A DNA stretch of 28,554 bases from Burkholderiaceae bacterium (GCA_035302965.1 DATGSD010000116.1:1-28554), one strand, 5' to 3'; positions 9,356 through 19,975 are shown, counted from the stretch's first letter. A program made the numbers and translations. Notes: generated by a model from the sequence alone, not told the origin.

Positions 9356-9366
9356 CGGAGCATGTA

Positions 9367-10263
9367 ATGACAAGCCAACCCCATGACGCGCCGTCGACAC
9401 AGCTTGCTGATTTAATCAAACACTCGCCCTTGTCGCGCCTTGAAACCCAAGTGCTGTTGGCGCACATACTTGGGGTTAACAGAAGCTGGCTAATTGCACA
9501 CGACGACTATATTTTGTCGTCCAAGCAGCTTGAGCAGTTTCAAAAAAGTGTTGCCGCCCGTCAAGAGGGCTGGCCAATTGCGTATTTAACCGGCCAGCGC
9601 GAATTTGGGCCCCATGTATTTGCCGTTACGCCATCAGTATTAATCCCACGGCCCGAAACCGAATTGCTGCTTGAAACCGCCCTTCAAACCTTGGCGCCAT
9701 TTGACGTGGCCGGCGGTTCGTGTAACCATGCGCACGATGGGTCTACACCTTCGTGCGCACCCGATACGGCAGTGCTCGACTTAGGTACGGGCAGCGGTAT
9801 TATTGCAATTTCGATTGCGTTAGCCTGCCCAAGCGCTCGTGTGGTAGCCAGCGACGCTTCGGCCGATGCTTTGCAGTTGGCCCAGCAAAACGCCAAAACC
9901 CTTGGGGCTGTTGTCGAGTTTTTGCACGGGCACTGGTACGATGCGCTCACGGTGCCTATAGCTTTTGATCTCATTGTGTCTAACCCGCCGTATATTGCTG
10001 CTTCCGACCCGCACTTGCAACAGGGCGATTTACGCTTCGAGCCGCTTATGGCTCTGCGCAGTGGCCCCGATGGTTTGCAGGCAATCCGCCAAATTATTGC
10101 GCAAGCGCCTGCCTTCTTAAAGCCCAAAGGAGCCTTATGGTTAGAACACGGTTTTGATCAGGGCGATGCGGTGCGGCAACTTTTACGCCAGTCGGGCTTC
10201 CAACAAATTACTACCCGGCAAGATTTGGCCGGTATCGACCGTGTAACAGGCGGTCATTTATAA
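9367..10263 (+). CDS. prmC: Release factor glutamine methyltransferase PrmC/HemK
   Basis: PIAYLTG, VLIPRPETE, LDLGTGSG, IVSNPPYI, LEHG; follows prfA. Confidence 0.97.
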   Translation: MTSQPHDAPSTQLADLIKHSPLSRLETQVLLAHILGVNRSWLIAHDDYILSSKQLEQFQKSVAARQEGWPIAYLTGQREFGPHVFAVTPSVLIPRPETELLLETALQTLAPFDVAGGSCNHAHDGSTPSCAPDTAVLDLGTGSGIIAISIALACPSARVVASDASADALQLAQQNAKTLGAVVEFLHGHWYDALTVPIAFDLIVSNPPYIAASDPHLQQGDLRFEPLMALRSGPDGLQAIRQIIAQAPAFLKPKGALWLEHGFDQGDAVRQLLRQSGFQQITTRQDLAGIDRVTGGHL

Positions 10264-10291
10264 TTAAATTTCTATTATTCTGAGGTGTACG

Positions 10292-10618
10292 ATGAGTGAC
10301 GTTCAAGATTTCATTCGCGAAACAGTTACAGAAAACCCAGTGGTTTTATTCATGAAAGGCACGGCGCAAGCGCCACAATGTGGTTTCTCTGCTCGGGCCA
10401 TTCAGGTATTACAAGGTTCTGGGGTGGGTACATTAGTTACCGTTAATGTTCTCGATGACGAAGAAGTGCGCGAAGGCATTAAAGTTTTTGCGAACTGGCC
10501 AACTATTCCGCAGCTTTATATAGGCGGCGAATTCATCGGTGGCTCCGACATCATGATGGAAATGTTCCAGAATGGCGAGCTTGCCGATGTTCTCAAAGAG
10601 GCTGGCGTCATTGAATAA
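10292..10618 (+). CDS. grxD: Monothiol glutaredoxin Grx4
   Basis: LFMKG..PQCGFS, WPTIPQLY, GGSDI. Confidence 0.97.
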   Translation: MSDVQDFIRETVTENPVVLFMKGTAQAPQCGFSARAIQVLQGSGVGTLVTVNVLDDEEVREGIKVFANWPTIPQLYIGGEFIGGSDIMMEMFQNGELADVLKEAGVIE

Positions 10619-11201
10619 TTCAAGTAGCCCCCAACGCCGTTTGGTTGTTGGGGTTACTGGTGCAACAGGCGCCATTTATGCTGTGCGCTTGTTGCAACTG
10701 CTGCGTAGCCACACCACCGTCGAAACCCATTTAGTGGTTTCGCCGCCTGGCGTTTTAAATATTAAGTACGAGCTGGGACTTAATCGGGCCGATGTGCATC
10801 AACTGGCCGATGTGGTTTACAGTTTTCGTGATATTGGCGCCGCGCTAGCTAGCGGTGGCTTTGATACATCAGCAATGGTAGTTGTGCCATGTTCGATGCG
10901 CACCTTGGCTGCCGTGGCGCATGGCTTTTCTGACAACCTAATTACCCGAGCCGCCGACGTTACCCTTAAAGAGCGTCGTCGGCTTGTTTTAATGGTGCGC
11001 GAAACGCCATTTAATCTAGCGCATTTGCGCAATATGACTGCGGTAAGCGAAATGGGCGGTATTATTTTTCCACCATTGCCGGCGTTTTATCATCACCCCA
11101 AAACCATCGACGAAATGGTTGACCACACCTTGGCGCGTTTGCTCGAATTGGTCGATATTCAAATACCTGGCCCCGAGTGGCTGGGCACCAAGCCCGAGTA
11201 A
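10611..11201 (+). CDS. ubiX: Flavin prenyltransferase UbiX
   Basis: VGVTGATGA, VPCSMRTLAAVA, RAADVTLKERR, RETP, PPLPAFY. TTG at 10611 (AGAGG upstream, overlapping the grxD stop) is preferred over ATG 10572. Confidence 0.95.
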   Translation: MNNSSSPQRRLVVGVTGATGAIYAVRLLQLLRSHTTVETHLVVSPPGVLNIKYELGLNRADVHQLADVVYSFRDIGAALASGGFDTSAMVVVPCSMRTLAAVAHGFSDNLITRAADVTLKERRRLVLMVRETPFNLAHLRNMTAVSEMGGIIFPPLPAFYHHPKTIDEMVDHTLARLLELVDIQIPGPEWLGTKPE

Positions 11202-11211
11202 GTCGTTTTTG

Positions 11212-11577
11212 TTAGTTGGCGCGTTTGCGCTCAAGTTGGATGCCCACGCTGGCGCAATCCGAAAAAGCGCTGGGCTTAGCCATGCGCAGCTTAATAAAGA
11301 CAATTTCAGGAAAGTCGTTAAAAAGTCGCTGAACCACGCGTTCGGTTAGGGTTTCAAGCAAATTGACATGGGCTTGCGTGCATTCTTCAACAATAGCGTT
11401 GCGTACCAAGCGATAGTCAAGTACGGTTTCGATGTTTTGGTCATCAACCGCTGCAGTAATGGTTACGTCCATTTCGACGTCGATATGTAGCGGTTGTGTA
11501 GCACGTAGCTCGTGCTCAAGAATGCCAATACGGGCATCGAGGGCAAGTTGTGAGAAAAAAATACGGCGGGTGGCCAT
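11212..11577 (-). CDS. folB: Dihydroneopterin aldolase
   Basis: ARIGILEHE, LDYR, VNLLETL, catalytic Lys in MAKPSA; 121 aa. Confidence 0.88.
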   Translation of the reverse strand: MATRRIFFSQLALDARIGILEHELRATQPLHIDVEMDVTITAAVDDQNIETVLDYRLVRNAIVEECTQAHVNLLETLTERVVQRLFNDFPEIVFIKLRMAKPSAFSDCASVGIQLERKRAN

Positions 11578-11630
11578 TTAATTGCTCATCCGTTAAAAAT
11601 GAATGCTTATTGTAGTGTGAAGCCGTTGTC

Positions 11631-12542
11631 ATGAGTAAATCTACCTCAAGTCTAACCCCACAAACATACGATGCCGCCATTGTAGGCGGTGGGCCAGCGG
11701 GTATTTCTTGCGCCGTTTGGCTAGCTTTATTTGGTTTTCGTCCGATTGTTCTAGAAGCCGCTGAGCGTGTCGGAGGTTTGTGCCGAGGCAACCCCTATGC
11801 CGACCCTTGGACGGTTTGTTTACCGTATACCGCCACTGGCAATGATATTGCCAACCATCTCGAAATAAATATTCAGCAAGCGGGTGTGCCCGTGCATAAC
11901 AATTTCAGGGTTGAGCGCATTACGCCCGAGTCTGAGAAATTTGTTTTGCAGGCAGAAGATGGGCGATCAGTGCGCGCATCTTATGTGGTTATTGCGAGTG
12001 GGGTGCGGTTTCGGGGTCTCGATTCTTCGGCTGCCAACACGGCTACAACCGAAGGAGTAATTGTGGGGCCGGGCGCGCAAGTGGTGGCGCAAAACTTTAG
12101 TGGTTTGCGGGTTGCCGTATTAGGTGGGGGCGACAATGCCTTCGAAAACGCCCTTTATGTGCGTAGCAAAGGGGCTAAGCAAGTAGACCTTTACGCCCGT
12201 ACAGTACGAGCCCAAAAGCAATTTGTTAACAAAATGCCAGCTGCTGATGTCTACCGCGGTTCCTACGAAGTCGATGTGCAGGGTCGTCAGGTAAACGGTC
12301 GCCAATACGACTTACTCATGGTGTTTTACGGTTTCGAGCCCATCGACGAATTTACCGCAGGCTTAGCTTTAAAGCGTACCCGCGAAGGTTTTTTATATGC
12401 CGACCCACAAACCACCGAAACCAGTCAGCCAGGTGTGTACGCCATTGGCGAGGTTACCCAGCGCCTACACCCTTGTGTGGTAACGGCGCTGGCCGATGGT
12501 GTGTTGGCCGCCAAAGCCATTCAAGCGCGGCTTGAGGCTTAG
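11631..12542 (+). CDS. Thioredoxin-reductase-fold NAD(P)/FAD-dependent oxidoreductase without CxxC
   Basis: IVGGGPAG FAD motif, IASG, VLGGGDNAFE NAD(P) motif, TSQPGVYAIGE. Confidence 0.85.
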   Translation: MSKSTSSLTPQTYDAAIVGGGPAGISCAVWLALFGFRPIVLEAAERVGGLCRGNPYADPWTVCLPYTATGNDIANHLEINIQQAGVPVHNNFRVERITPESEKFVLQAEDGRSVRASYVVIASGVRFRGLDSSAANTATTEGVIVGPGAQVVAQNFSGLRVAVLGGGDNAFENALYVRSKGAKQVDLYARTVRAQKQFVNKMPAADVYRGSYEVDVQGRQVNGRQYDLLMVFYGFEPIDEFTAGLALKRTREGFLYADPQTTETSQPGVYAIGEVTQRLHPCVVTALADGVLAAKAIQARLEA

Positions 12543-14314
12543 TTTTTAATTTTGTCTAAGTGGCATTCGGTGGCAGGCGGCGCTAGTTTTACCTTAAATT
12601 CGCGCAGCTCATCACGCCTAAAAACATGCACGGGCATTTTTTGTTCGGGACGACAAGTAAGCAGGGCGCGTTCAAAGGTTTGTTGATCATGAACTCGCAG
12701 GCCATTAATGGCAACTAGGCGGTCGCCACCAGAAAGGCCGGCTTGGTGAGCAACGCCGCCGTTATAAACGGTGGCTAAGCGCAGGCCTTCGGCATCGGCC
12801 TGTGTTCGCACATCCATTGAAGGGGTTTTTTGGCTGGCCTTCCAGTGTAAGCGGATGTTTTGCGATTTAAATAAATCGGCAAGCGGTAGGTCGTCGCAAC
12901 CATAAACATAGCGTTCGATAAACGGTGCGGCATCTACTTGCGTGGCTTCCCGAATTAGGCGCGGCATTTCGTCTTCAGCAACGCCTTGGTTTTGAGCTCC
13001 CCGATAAAACGTTTTGCCATAGCGTGTCCACATCAAACGCATCACATCGTCTAAAGAATATGTATTGTTCGATTCTTGACGTAGGTATAAGTCGAGGGCC
13101 AGGCCTATTAACGCGCCTTTGGTGTAGTAATTAACCAGGGCGTTTGGCGAATTTTCATTCGACATATACAAGCCCGTCCAGGTGCTAAACGAACTATCAG
13201 CAACCGATTGCAAATGGCGCCCCGGGCCACGCCAGACATTGGTAATGACTTTGGCTTGGCGTTTAAGGTAGGTTTGTTCTGAAATGGCACCCGATCGCCA
13301 AAGCATTAGCTCGTCGTAATACGAGGTAAAGCCTTCGAATACCCACAGCAAACGGGTGTGGTTTTCGTTGAAAAGCTGGTAAGGCGCAAATACAGCGGGT
13401 TTGATGCGCTTCACATTCCAGGTATGGAAATATTCGTGGCTAATTAAACCAAGAAAGTCGTGGTAATCGTTGCCGGGTTCTTGGCCAATAACGGGTAGCG
13501 CATGGCGGCCAATCATGAGGGCGGTGCTCGAGCGGTGTTCTAGGCCGCCATAATCGTTGCCCGTAACCATGGTTAAGAAAACGTATCGATCGGCCGAATC
13601 CAAAAAGGGTACCTCGTGGCTATCGGGCTCGAATAGGGCAATTTGTGCTTCACAAATTTTTTTTGTGTCGGCAATTAATCGTTCGTAATCGATGTTGGGT
13701 AGCACACCGGTAAACACCATTTCGTGTTCGGCGCCAAAAGCCTCGAAGCTAACCACTTCGGGGTTACCCATTTCGACCGGATGGTCGATTAAGGCATCGT
13801 AATTGGGCGCTTCATAAAGCCCAAAGCCGTGCCGTTTAGCGGCGCCCTCACGAGACTGGGCTTCAGGCAAGCTGGTATAAACCTTCCAGTCGTTGGTGTG
13901 CGGCGGAGGGTTAAGCTGCACCAGGCAAGGGTGTTGCTCGTAGCCCAATGGTAAAAGGAAGACGCTAGTGCCGTTAAAAAAGGCATGGCTTTCGTCAAAA
14001 TGGGCGCCGCGTACTGACAAATCCCAGGCGTAAACGCGGTATTTAATCGTGAGCGGGCCATTGCAGGGTGCGCATTGCCATTCGTGGTTGCTAATTTTTT
14101 CTGTGGCTATTTCTACGCCGTCCTTGCCGCAATAGGCCTGTAGGCGGATAATGTGACGCGCAAAGTCACGCAACATATAACTGCCGGGAATCCACGCTGG
14201 TAGGCCTAAAACCTGACCATCGCGGTTCGGCTCAGAGATTTTTAAAACAAGGTCAAAATAATGCCCAGCCGGGTCGGCAGGCGTTACGGTGTACTGTAGT
14301 GGCTGTTTATTCAT
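12539..14314 (-). CDS. M61 family glycyl aminopeptidase with C-terminal PDZ domain
   Basis: WIPGSY, GGLEHRSS, HEYFHTWNVKRIKP (HExxH), WVFEGFTSYY, YYTKG, PDZ AGLSGGDRLVAING. Confidence 0.93.
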   Translation of the reverse strand: MNKQPLQYTVTPADPAGHYFDLVLKISEPNRDGQVLGLPAWIPGSYMLRDFARHIIRLQAYCGKDGVEIATEKISNHEWQCAPCNGPLTIKYRVYAWDLSVRGAHFDESHAFFNGTSVFLLPLGYEQHPCLVQLNPPPHTNDWKVYTSLPEAQSREGAAKRHGFGLYEAPNYDALIDHPVEMGNPEVVSFEAFGAEHEMVFTGVLPNIDYERLIADTKKICEAQIALFEPDSHEVPFLDSADRYVFLTMVTGNDYGGLEHRSSTALMIGRHALPVIGQEPGNDYHDFLGLISHEYFHTWNVKRIKPAVFAPYQLFNENHTRLLWVFEGFTSYYDELMLWRSGAISEQTYLKRQAKVITNVWRGPGRHLQSVADSSFSTWTGLYMSNENSPNALVNYYTKGALIGLALDLYLRQESNNTYSLDDVMRLMWTRYGKTFYRGAQNQGVAEDEMPRLIREATQVDAAPFIERYVYGCDDLPLADLFKSQNIRLHWKASQKTPSMDVRTQADAEGLRLATVYNGGVAHQAGLSGGDRLVAINGLRVHDQQTFERALLTCRPEQKMPVHVFRRDELREFKVKLAPPATECHLDKIKN

Positions 14315-14343
14315 TCGTTATCGCAATGTGCTAAGGAGATGCA

Positions 14344-15120
14344 ATGAGTGCTAACTTAATTAAAACAGAGGTTAAAGATCGGGTAGCGTTAATTACCTTA
14401 AACCGCCCCGAAGTGTTAAATGCACTAAACGATGCCATGATAGACGAGTTGGCCGAGGCTATGCGCGCCTTTGACGCCGACGACGATGTCGGCGTGATGG
14501 TGTTAACCGGCAGTGAAAAAGCCTTTGCTGCTGGCGCAGACATTGCTGCCATGAAAGATTGGTCGTATACCGACGTTTATAAGCAAGACTACCTTGGCCA
14601 TAACTGGGAAGCCTTGCGCCGCATTCGTAAGCCGGTAATTGCCGCGGTGGCCGGCTATGCCTTAGGGGGCGGCTGCGAACTAGCCATGTTGTGCGACTTT
14701 ATCGTAGCAGCTGATACTGCTCAGTTTGGTCAACCCGAAATTAATTTGGCGATTATGCCCGGCTTTGGCGGTACGCAACGGCTGCCGCGCGCCATAGGCA
14801 AAGCCAAGGCCATGGATATGATTTTAACGGGTCGCATGATGAAGGCCGATGAGGCCGAGCAAGCGGGCTTGGTAGCAAGGGTAATTAGTGCCGATAAGCT
14901 GCTTGAAGAAACTCTGGGTATTGCGCGTAGCATCGCGTCGCGTTCTTTGCCTTCGTTAATGATGGCCAAAGAAAGTGTTAACCGTGCTTACGAAACTGGC
15001 CTTAATGAAGGCTTGTTATTTGAGCGGCGCAACTTCCATGCCTTGTTTTCAACCAACGACCAGAAAGAAGGCATGAATGCCTTTATTGATAAGCGTAAGC
15101 CTAACTTTAGCCACGATTAA
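14344..15120 (+). CDS. Enoyl-CoA hydratase (crotonase family, PaaF/EchA8-like)
   Basis: LNRPEVLNAL, FAAGADI, GGGCE and FGQPE (both catalytic Glu), GGTQRL; AAGGAG SD. Confidence 0.95.
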   Translation: MSANLIKTEVKDRVALITLNRPEVLNALNDAMIDELAEAMRAFDADDDVGVMVLTGSEKAFAAGADIAAMKDWSYTDVYKQDYLGHNWEALRRIRKPVIAAVAGYALGGGCELAMLCDFIVAADTAQFGQPEINLAIMPGFGGTQRLPRAIGKAKAMDMILTGRMMKADEAEQAGLVARVISADKLLEETLGIARSIASRSLPSLMMAKESVNRAYETGLNEGLLFERRNFHALFSTNDQKEGMNAFIDKRKPNFSHD

Positions 15121-15228
15121 CGACACGAATCGGCCTATACGAATGTGGCTCTGTCGCTTGAGGCGTTTGCCATCGCATTGGTGTTTTTAGGCCGAAGTGT
15201 TTGTCGCTTAACTAAGTTTTGCTATTTT

Positions 15229-15262
15229 AAAAGCCGCTCTTGTAGTGGCTTTTGCGTTTTTT
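15229..15262 (+). terminator. Probable terminator after the enoyl-CoA hydratase gene
   Basis: AAAAGCCGCT-CTTGT-AGTGGCTTTT followed by GCG and a T-run. Confidence 0.55.
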
Positions 15263-15335
15263 TACTTAGTGGTTTTCCTGATAGCGTTTTTTAGGCTATG
15301 ATGGCGGTCGTCGTCTGGCGGGCTTTTCGTAGAAT

Positions 15336-15365
15336 TTGCCAGCATTTTGCAAATTTAGTTATACT
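15336..15365 (+). promoter_or_regulatory. Candidate sigma70 promoter of the atp operon
   Basis: TTGCCA (15336-15341), 18-nt spacer, TATACT (15360-15365), about 30 nt before the atpI ATG. Confidence 0.55.
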
Positions 15366-15395
15366 TTATTGGTTTATCGCCAGATAGGCAAACAC

Positions 15396-15902
15396 ATGCA
15401 AAAGCCGACTTTAGCCGGTTTTGCCGCGAGCAAAACATTGTACGAGGCCTCTAATGGGTCTAGCACAAGTAGGGGCGCTTACGCTGATGAAAAACCAATC
15501 CAGCTAAGCGATTCTGAAAGGGCGGTTATCCACCGCAATGCCGTACGGGGTCTTGTTCGGGTGTTGCTGGCACAGGCGTTAATGGCTGTTTTTGCGGGCC
15601 TTGTGTCATGGGCCGTCGCAGGTGTTGCGGCCGGGGCCTCGGCACTTTTGGGTGCAGGGGCTTATTTTGTGCCTAACGCTTTGTTTGCCATGCGTTTGTT
15701 GCTTGGCTACAGCGGCCTTAAACCAGTTGCAGCGCAGGGCTTTTTAGCCGGCGAGCTTATTAAATTAGCCAGCGCCACCTTGCTGTTGCTGGCCGTCGCT
15801 TTGCTTGCTAAGGCGTGGCTGGTGTGGCCCGCTTTGTTGTTTGGCTTGGTATGTGTATTAAAGGGTTATGTTCTGTTATTAATGTTTCAAAGGCTGCCGT
15901 AG
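15396..15902 (+). CDS. atpI: ATP synthase protein I
   Basis: Four hydrophobic segments, PNALFAMRL, GELIKL; first gene before atpB. Start at ATG 15396 is a best guess (track gives TTG 15336). Confidence 0.85.
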   Translation: MQKPTLAGFAASKTLYEASNGSSTSRGAYADEKPIQLSDSERAVIHRNAVRGLVRVLLAQALMAVFAGLVSWAVAGVAAGASALLGAGAYFVPNALFAMRLLLGYSGLKPVAAQGFLAGELIKLASATLLLLAVALLAKAWLVWPALLFGLVCVLKGYVLLLMFQRLP

Positions 15903-15995
15903 TGTTTGCTGCGGTTAGTTTAAAAACACTAAGTTCCCCGGCCTGTCGGTACTCCGGCAGGTAACTACGTTACGAATTATCAGGGTAGGGTTTCC

Positions 15996-16877
15996 ATGGC
16001 TGCAGCCAGCACTAATTCGCCTCAATCCGACTATATCCAACACCATCTGGTTCATCTCAATAGTATCGGAGACAAGCAAGAGGTCATCGCCGATTTTAGT
16101 GTGATCAATTTCGACTCTCTGTTTTGGTCGCTCTTAATGGGCATTATCGTGCTTTTCTTTTTGTGGCGCGCTGCCCGCTCGGCAACTTCGGGAGTGCCAG
16201 GTCGTTTTCAAATGGCCGTCGAAGTTTTAGTTGGCATGGTCGACAACGAATCCAAAACCATTATTCCCGACGAGAAAACCCGTCTGTATGCTGCACCGCT
16301 AGCACTTACTATATTTTTGTGGGTTATTCTCATGAATGCTCTCGACTTGCTGCCTGTCGACTTAGCCCCATGGCTTTTCCAGGTTACGGGCCTTGGTGCG
16401 GCAGTAGGCGACCCACTTTATTATCATCGTATTTTGCCTACTGCCGACTTAAACGTTCCTATGGGCATGGCGCTGGGCGTGTTGCTACTGACGCTCTACT
16501 ACGGTATTAAGGTTAAGCGGCCCGGTGGGTTTGTAAAAAGTTTGTTTGTTACGCCATTTAATGCCACAGGAATCGGCGGCGTACTCCTAATGCCGTTTAA
16601 CTTGCTGCTTAATTTAATGGAGTACGCGGCAAAAACTGTGTCGCTAGGTATGCGGTTATTCGGCAATATGTTTGCTGGCGAGCTCGTTTTTATGCTTATT
16701 GCCCTCTTGGGTGGCGCATGGACGGGTATGAATCTCGCAAGTCTTGGCCTTGGGTTTGGCCATGTGCTAGCAGGGGCTGTGTGGGCTATTTTCCACATTC
16801 TTATCGTTATTTTGCAAGCATATATCTTCATGATGCTTTCCCTGGTTTATATCGGGTTGGCCCACGAAGAACACTAA
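15996..16877 (+). CDS. atpB: F0 subunit a
   Basis: [22 protein letters not shown] with the essential Arg, LQAYIFMML. Confidence 0.98.
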   Translation: MAAASTNSPQSDYIQHHLVHLNSIGDKQEVIADFSVINFDSLFWSLLMGIIVLFFLWRAARSATSGVPGRFQMAVEVLVGMVDNESKTIIPDEKTRLYAAPLALTIFLWVILMNALDLLPVDLAPWLFQVTGLGAAVGDPLYYHRILPTADLNVPMGMALGVLLLTLYYGIKVKRPGGFVKSLFVTPFNATGIGGVLLMPFNLLLNLMEYAAKTVSLGMRLFGNMFAGELVFMLIALLGGAWTGMNLASLGLGFGHVLAGAVWAIFHILIVILQAYIFMMLSLVYIGLAHEEH

Positions 16878-16958
16878 ATTTCCGCGCTGGGCCAGTTCGC
16901 TGGCCGTAGGTGGAGGCGCAAGGTTTCTTGCACTGGTTTTTACTTTTCAATTATTTGA

Positions 16959-17231
<273 letters not shown>

Positions 17232-17374
17232 GTAAATCGTGCCCGCTTGCAGGCCTTAACGTCTTTGGGCGGGTCAACCTTCGTTTGCGGTGCCGTTAGC
17301 GCCGTTAGCGATTCGGACATCGGTAGGTCGGGTTGCCAGTCAACCCGCCGCTACAGGTAACAAGGGAAACGACC

Positions 17375-17845
17375 GTGAATTTAAACGCGACGCTCTTTTT
17401 TCAGATGATCGTGTTTTTCGTTCTGGCGTGGTTCACGATGAAATTCATCTGGCCACCCGTTACGAGAGCACTCGATGACCGCCGCCAAAAGATTGCGGAT
17501 GGTCTAGCTGCAGCCGAGAAAGGCAAAGCCGATCTGGCTCAAGCACAGGCGCGGGTTAGCCTCATCGAAGCTTCGGCTAAAGCTGACGGCCAAACGAGGC
17601 TTGCCGAGGCAGAAAGGCAGGCGGCAGCCATAATCGATGCCGCTCGCCGCGAAGCCGAGGAAGAAAAGGCTCGTATCATCGATTCTGCCCACCAAGAAGC
17701 CACTCAAGAAGTGCAGCGCGCACGCGATGCACTACGCAACGAGGTGGCTACCTTAGCGGTGCAGGGCGCCTCACAAATACTGAAGCGCGAAGTCGATGCC
17801 AAAGCACATGCCGATTTGCTCGACGAGCTTAAGGCGCAACTTTAA
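17375..17845 (+). CDS. atpF: F0 subunit b
   Basis: GTG start giving [26 protein letters not shown], coiled coil. The track start at 17333 overshoots. Confidence 0.96.
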   Translation: MNLNATLFFQMIVFFVLAWFTMKFIWPPVTRALDDRRQKIADGLAAAEKGKADLAQAQARVSLIEASAKADGQTRLAEAERQAAAIIDAARREAEEEKARIIDSAHQEATQEVQRARDALRNEVATLAVQGASQILKREVDAKAHADLLDELKAQL

Positions 17846-17859
17846 TTACGGGTCCTGTT

Positions 17860-18399
17860 ATGGCTGAACTATCGACAATTGCACGACCATACGCTGAAGC
17901 CGTTTTCGAGCTGGCTGGCGACAACAAAGAAGCTCTTAGTCAGTGGTCTGACCTACTCGACGAGATGGCCGCGATTGCGGCGCTCCCCGATGTCGCCGCT
18001 GCATTAAGCGATCCTCGGCTTAATAATCAGCAACGCGCCGAGCTATTTGTTGCGCTATTAAAAACCCCGTTAAGCACCGAGGCAAGTAATTTCGTCCAAA
18101 TGTTGGTCGATAACGAACGTTTATTGGTTTTGTCGCATATCGCGCAGCAGTTCGAGTATTTAAAGAATAAGGCCGAGGGAATCGCCCGTGCCGATATTTA
18201 CACTGCTTACCCGCTCGACGATAAGCAACTCGCCGATTTGCTTGCCGTGCTGCAGGGTAAATTTGGTTTAACGTTAACCCCCGTCGTTACGGTCAAGCCC
18301 GAGCTTATTGGTGGGGTGCGCGTCATTGTCGGCGACCAAGTGCTCGATACTTCCGTGCAAGCACAATTAACTCGTATGCGCGACACGCTGGCCGCGTAA
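17860..18399 (+). CDS. atpH: F1 subunit delta
   Basis: [32 protein letters not shown]. Confidence 0.97.
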   Translation: MAELSTIARPYAEAVFELAGDNKEALSQWSDLLDEMAAIAALPDVAAALSDPRLNNQQRAELFVALLKTPLSTEASNFVQMLVDNERLLVLSHIAQQFEYLKNKAEGIARADIYTAYPLDDKQLADLLAVLQGKFGLTLTPVVTVKPELIGGVRVIVGDQVLDTSVQAQLTRMRDTLAA

Positions 18400-18433
18400 A
18401 GCAGCCGCAACACAGGATTCCAGGAGTCTGAAC

Positions 18434-19975
18434 ATGCAATTAAACCCGTCAGAGATTAGCGAGCTGCTAAAAAGCCGCATCGAAGGGCTAAGCGCGTCGA
18501 CCGACGTGCGAACCGAAGGTACGGTAGTGTCCGTAACCGACGGCATTACACGCATCCACGGTCTGTCCGATGTGATGCAGGGCGAAATGCTCGAATTTCC
18601 CAACAATATTTATGGTTTAGCCCTAAACCTCGAGCGTGATTCGGTTGGTGCCGTTATTTTGGGTGATTACACCCAAGTATCCGAAGGCGATTCCGTAAAA
18701 ACTACGGGTCGCATTCTCGAAGTGCCAGTCGGCCCCGAGTTGCGCGGTCGTGTTGTCGATGCTTTGGGTAACCCCATCGACGGCAAAGGCCCCATTAATG
18801 CCAAAGAAACCGACGTCATTGAAAAGGTTGCGCCCGGTGTTATTGCTCGTCAATCGGTCGACGAGCCCCTATTAACCGGTATTAAAGCCATCGACTCGAT
18901 GGTGCCAATTGGCCGTGGTCAACGCGAATTAATTATCGGCGACCGCCAAACCGGTAAAACCGCCGTCGCTATCGACACAATTATTAGTCAGCGTGGCCAA
19001 GACGTTACTTGTGTTTATGTGGCTATTGGTCAAAAAGCCTCAACCATTAACAACGTTGTTCGTCGCCTCGAAGAACACGGCGCACTCGAGTACACCATTA
19101 TCGTTGCGGCTGCGGCGTCCGATTCGGCCGCTATGCAATACCTCGCCGCTTATTCCGGTTGTACGATGGGTGAGTACTTCCGCGACCGCGGCGAAGATGC
19201 CTTAATTATTTACGACGACCTTACTAAGCAAGCGTGGGCCTATCGCCAAGTGTCGCTCTTGCTGCGCCGTCCGCCAGGCCGTGAAGCCTATCCCGGTGAC
19301 GTTTTCTATTTGCACTCGCGCCTGCTCGAGCGTTCCGCCCGAGTTAACGCTGAGTACGTCGAAAACTTCACCAAGGGCGAGGTTAAAGGCAAAACAGGTT
19401 CGTTAACGGCACTGCCTATTATCGAAACGCAGGCGGGTGACGTCTCTGCGTTCGTCCCCACCAACGTTATTTCGATTACCGACGGGCAAATTTTCCTCGA
19501 AACCGACTTGTTTAACGCCGGGGTGCGACCAGCCATTAACGCCGGAATTTCAGTTTCGCGTGTTGGGGGCTCAGCCCAAACCCGAGTTATTCGTCGCTTG
19601 TCGGGTGGTATCCGAACCGACTTGGCGCAATACCGCGAACTTGCCGCGTTTGCACAGTTTGCTTCCGATCTCGACGAGGCAACCCGCCGTCAGCTTGAGC
19701 GCGGAGAGCGTGTTGTCGAATTGCTTAAGCAGCCACAATATCAGCCGCTTAAGGTATGGGAATTAGCGGTTACCTTGTTTACGGTTAACCGTGGTTACCT
19801 CGACGACATTGAAGTCAGCAAGATTCTTCCCTTCGAGAAGGCGCTTAAAGATGCCCTTAAAGCCGAACACGCCGAGCTGGTTCAGCGTATCGAAGATACA
19901 AAAGATCTTAGCGAAGACGACGAGAAGGCTTTGGCAGAAGCTATCGAAGCCTTTAAAAAGCACGGCACGTATTAA
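18434..19975 (+). CDS. atpA: F1 subunit alpha
   Basis: GDRQTGKT P-loop, [23 protein letters not shown]. Confidence 0.99.
   Translation: MQLNPSEISELLKSRIEGLSASTDVRTEGTVVSVTDGITRIHGLSDVMQGEMLEFPNNIYGLALNLERDSVGAVILGDYTQVSEGDSVKTTGRILEVPVGPELRGRVVDALGNPIDGKGPINAKETDVIEKVAPGVIARQSVDEPLLTGIKAIDSMVPIGRGQRELIIGDRQTGKTAVAIDTIISQRGQDVTCVYVAIGQKASTINNVVRRLEEHGALEYTIIVAAAASDSAAMQYLAAYSGCTMGEYFRDRGEDALIIYDDLTKQAWAYRQVSLLLRRPPGREAYPGDVFYLHSRLLERSARVNAEYVENFTKGEVKGKTGSLTALPIIETQAGDVSAFVPTNVISITDGQIFLETDLFNAGVRPAINAGISVSRVGGSAQTRVIRRLSGGIRTDLAQYRELAAFAQFASDLDEATRRQLERGERVVELLKQPQYQPLKVWELAVTLFTVNRGYLDDIEVSKILPFEKALKDALKAEHAELVQRIEDTKDLSEDDEKALAEAIEAFKKHGTY

Noticed and set aside
12539-12542. 4-nt overlap of convergent stop codons (oxidoreductase and M61 peptidase)
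   Set aside because: Common in compact bacterial genomes; no further signal.
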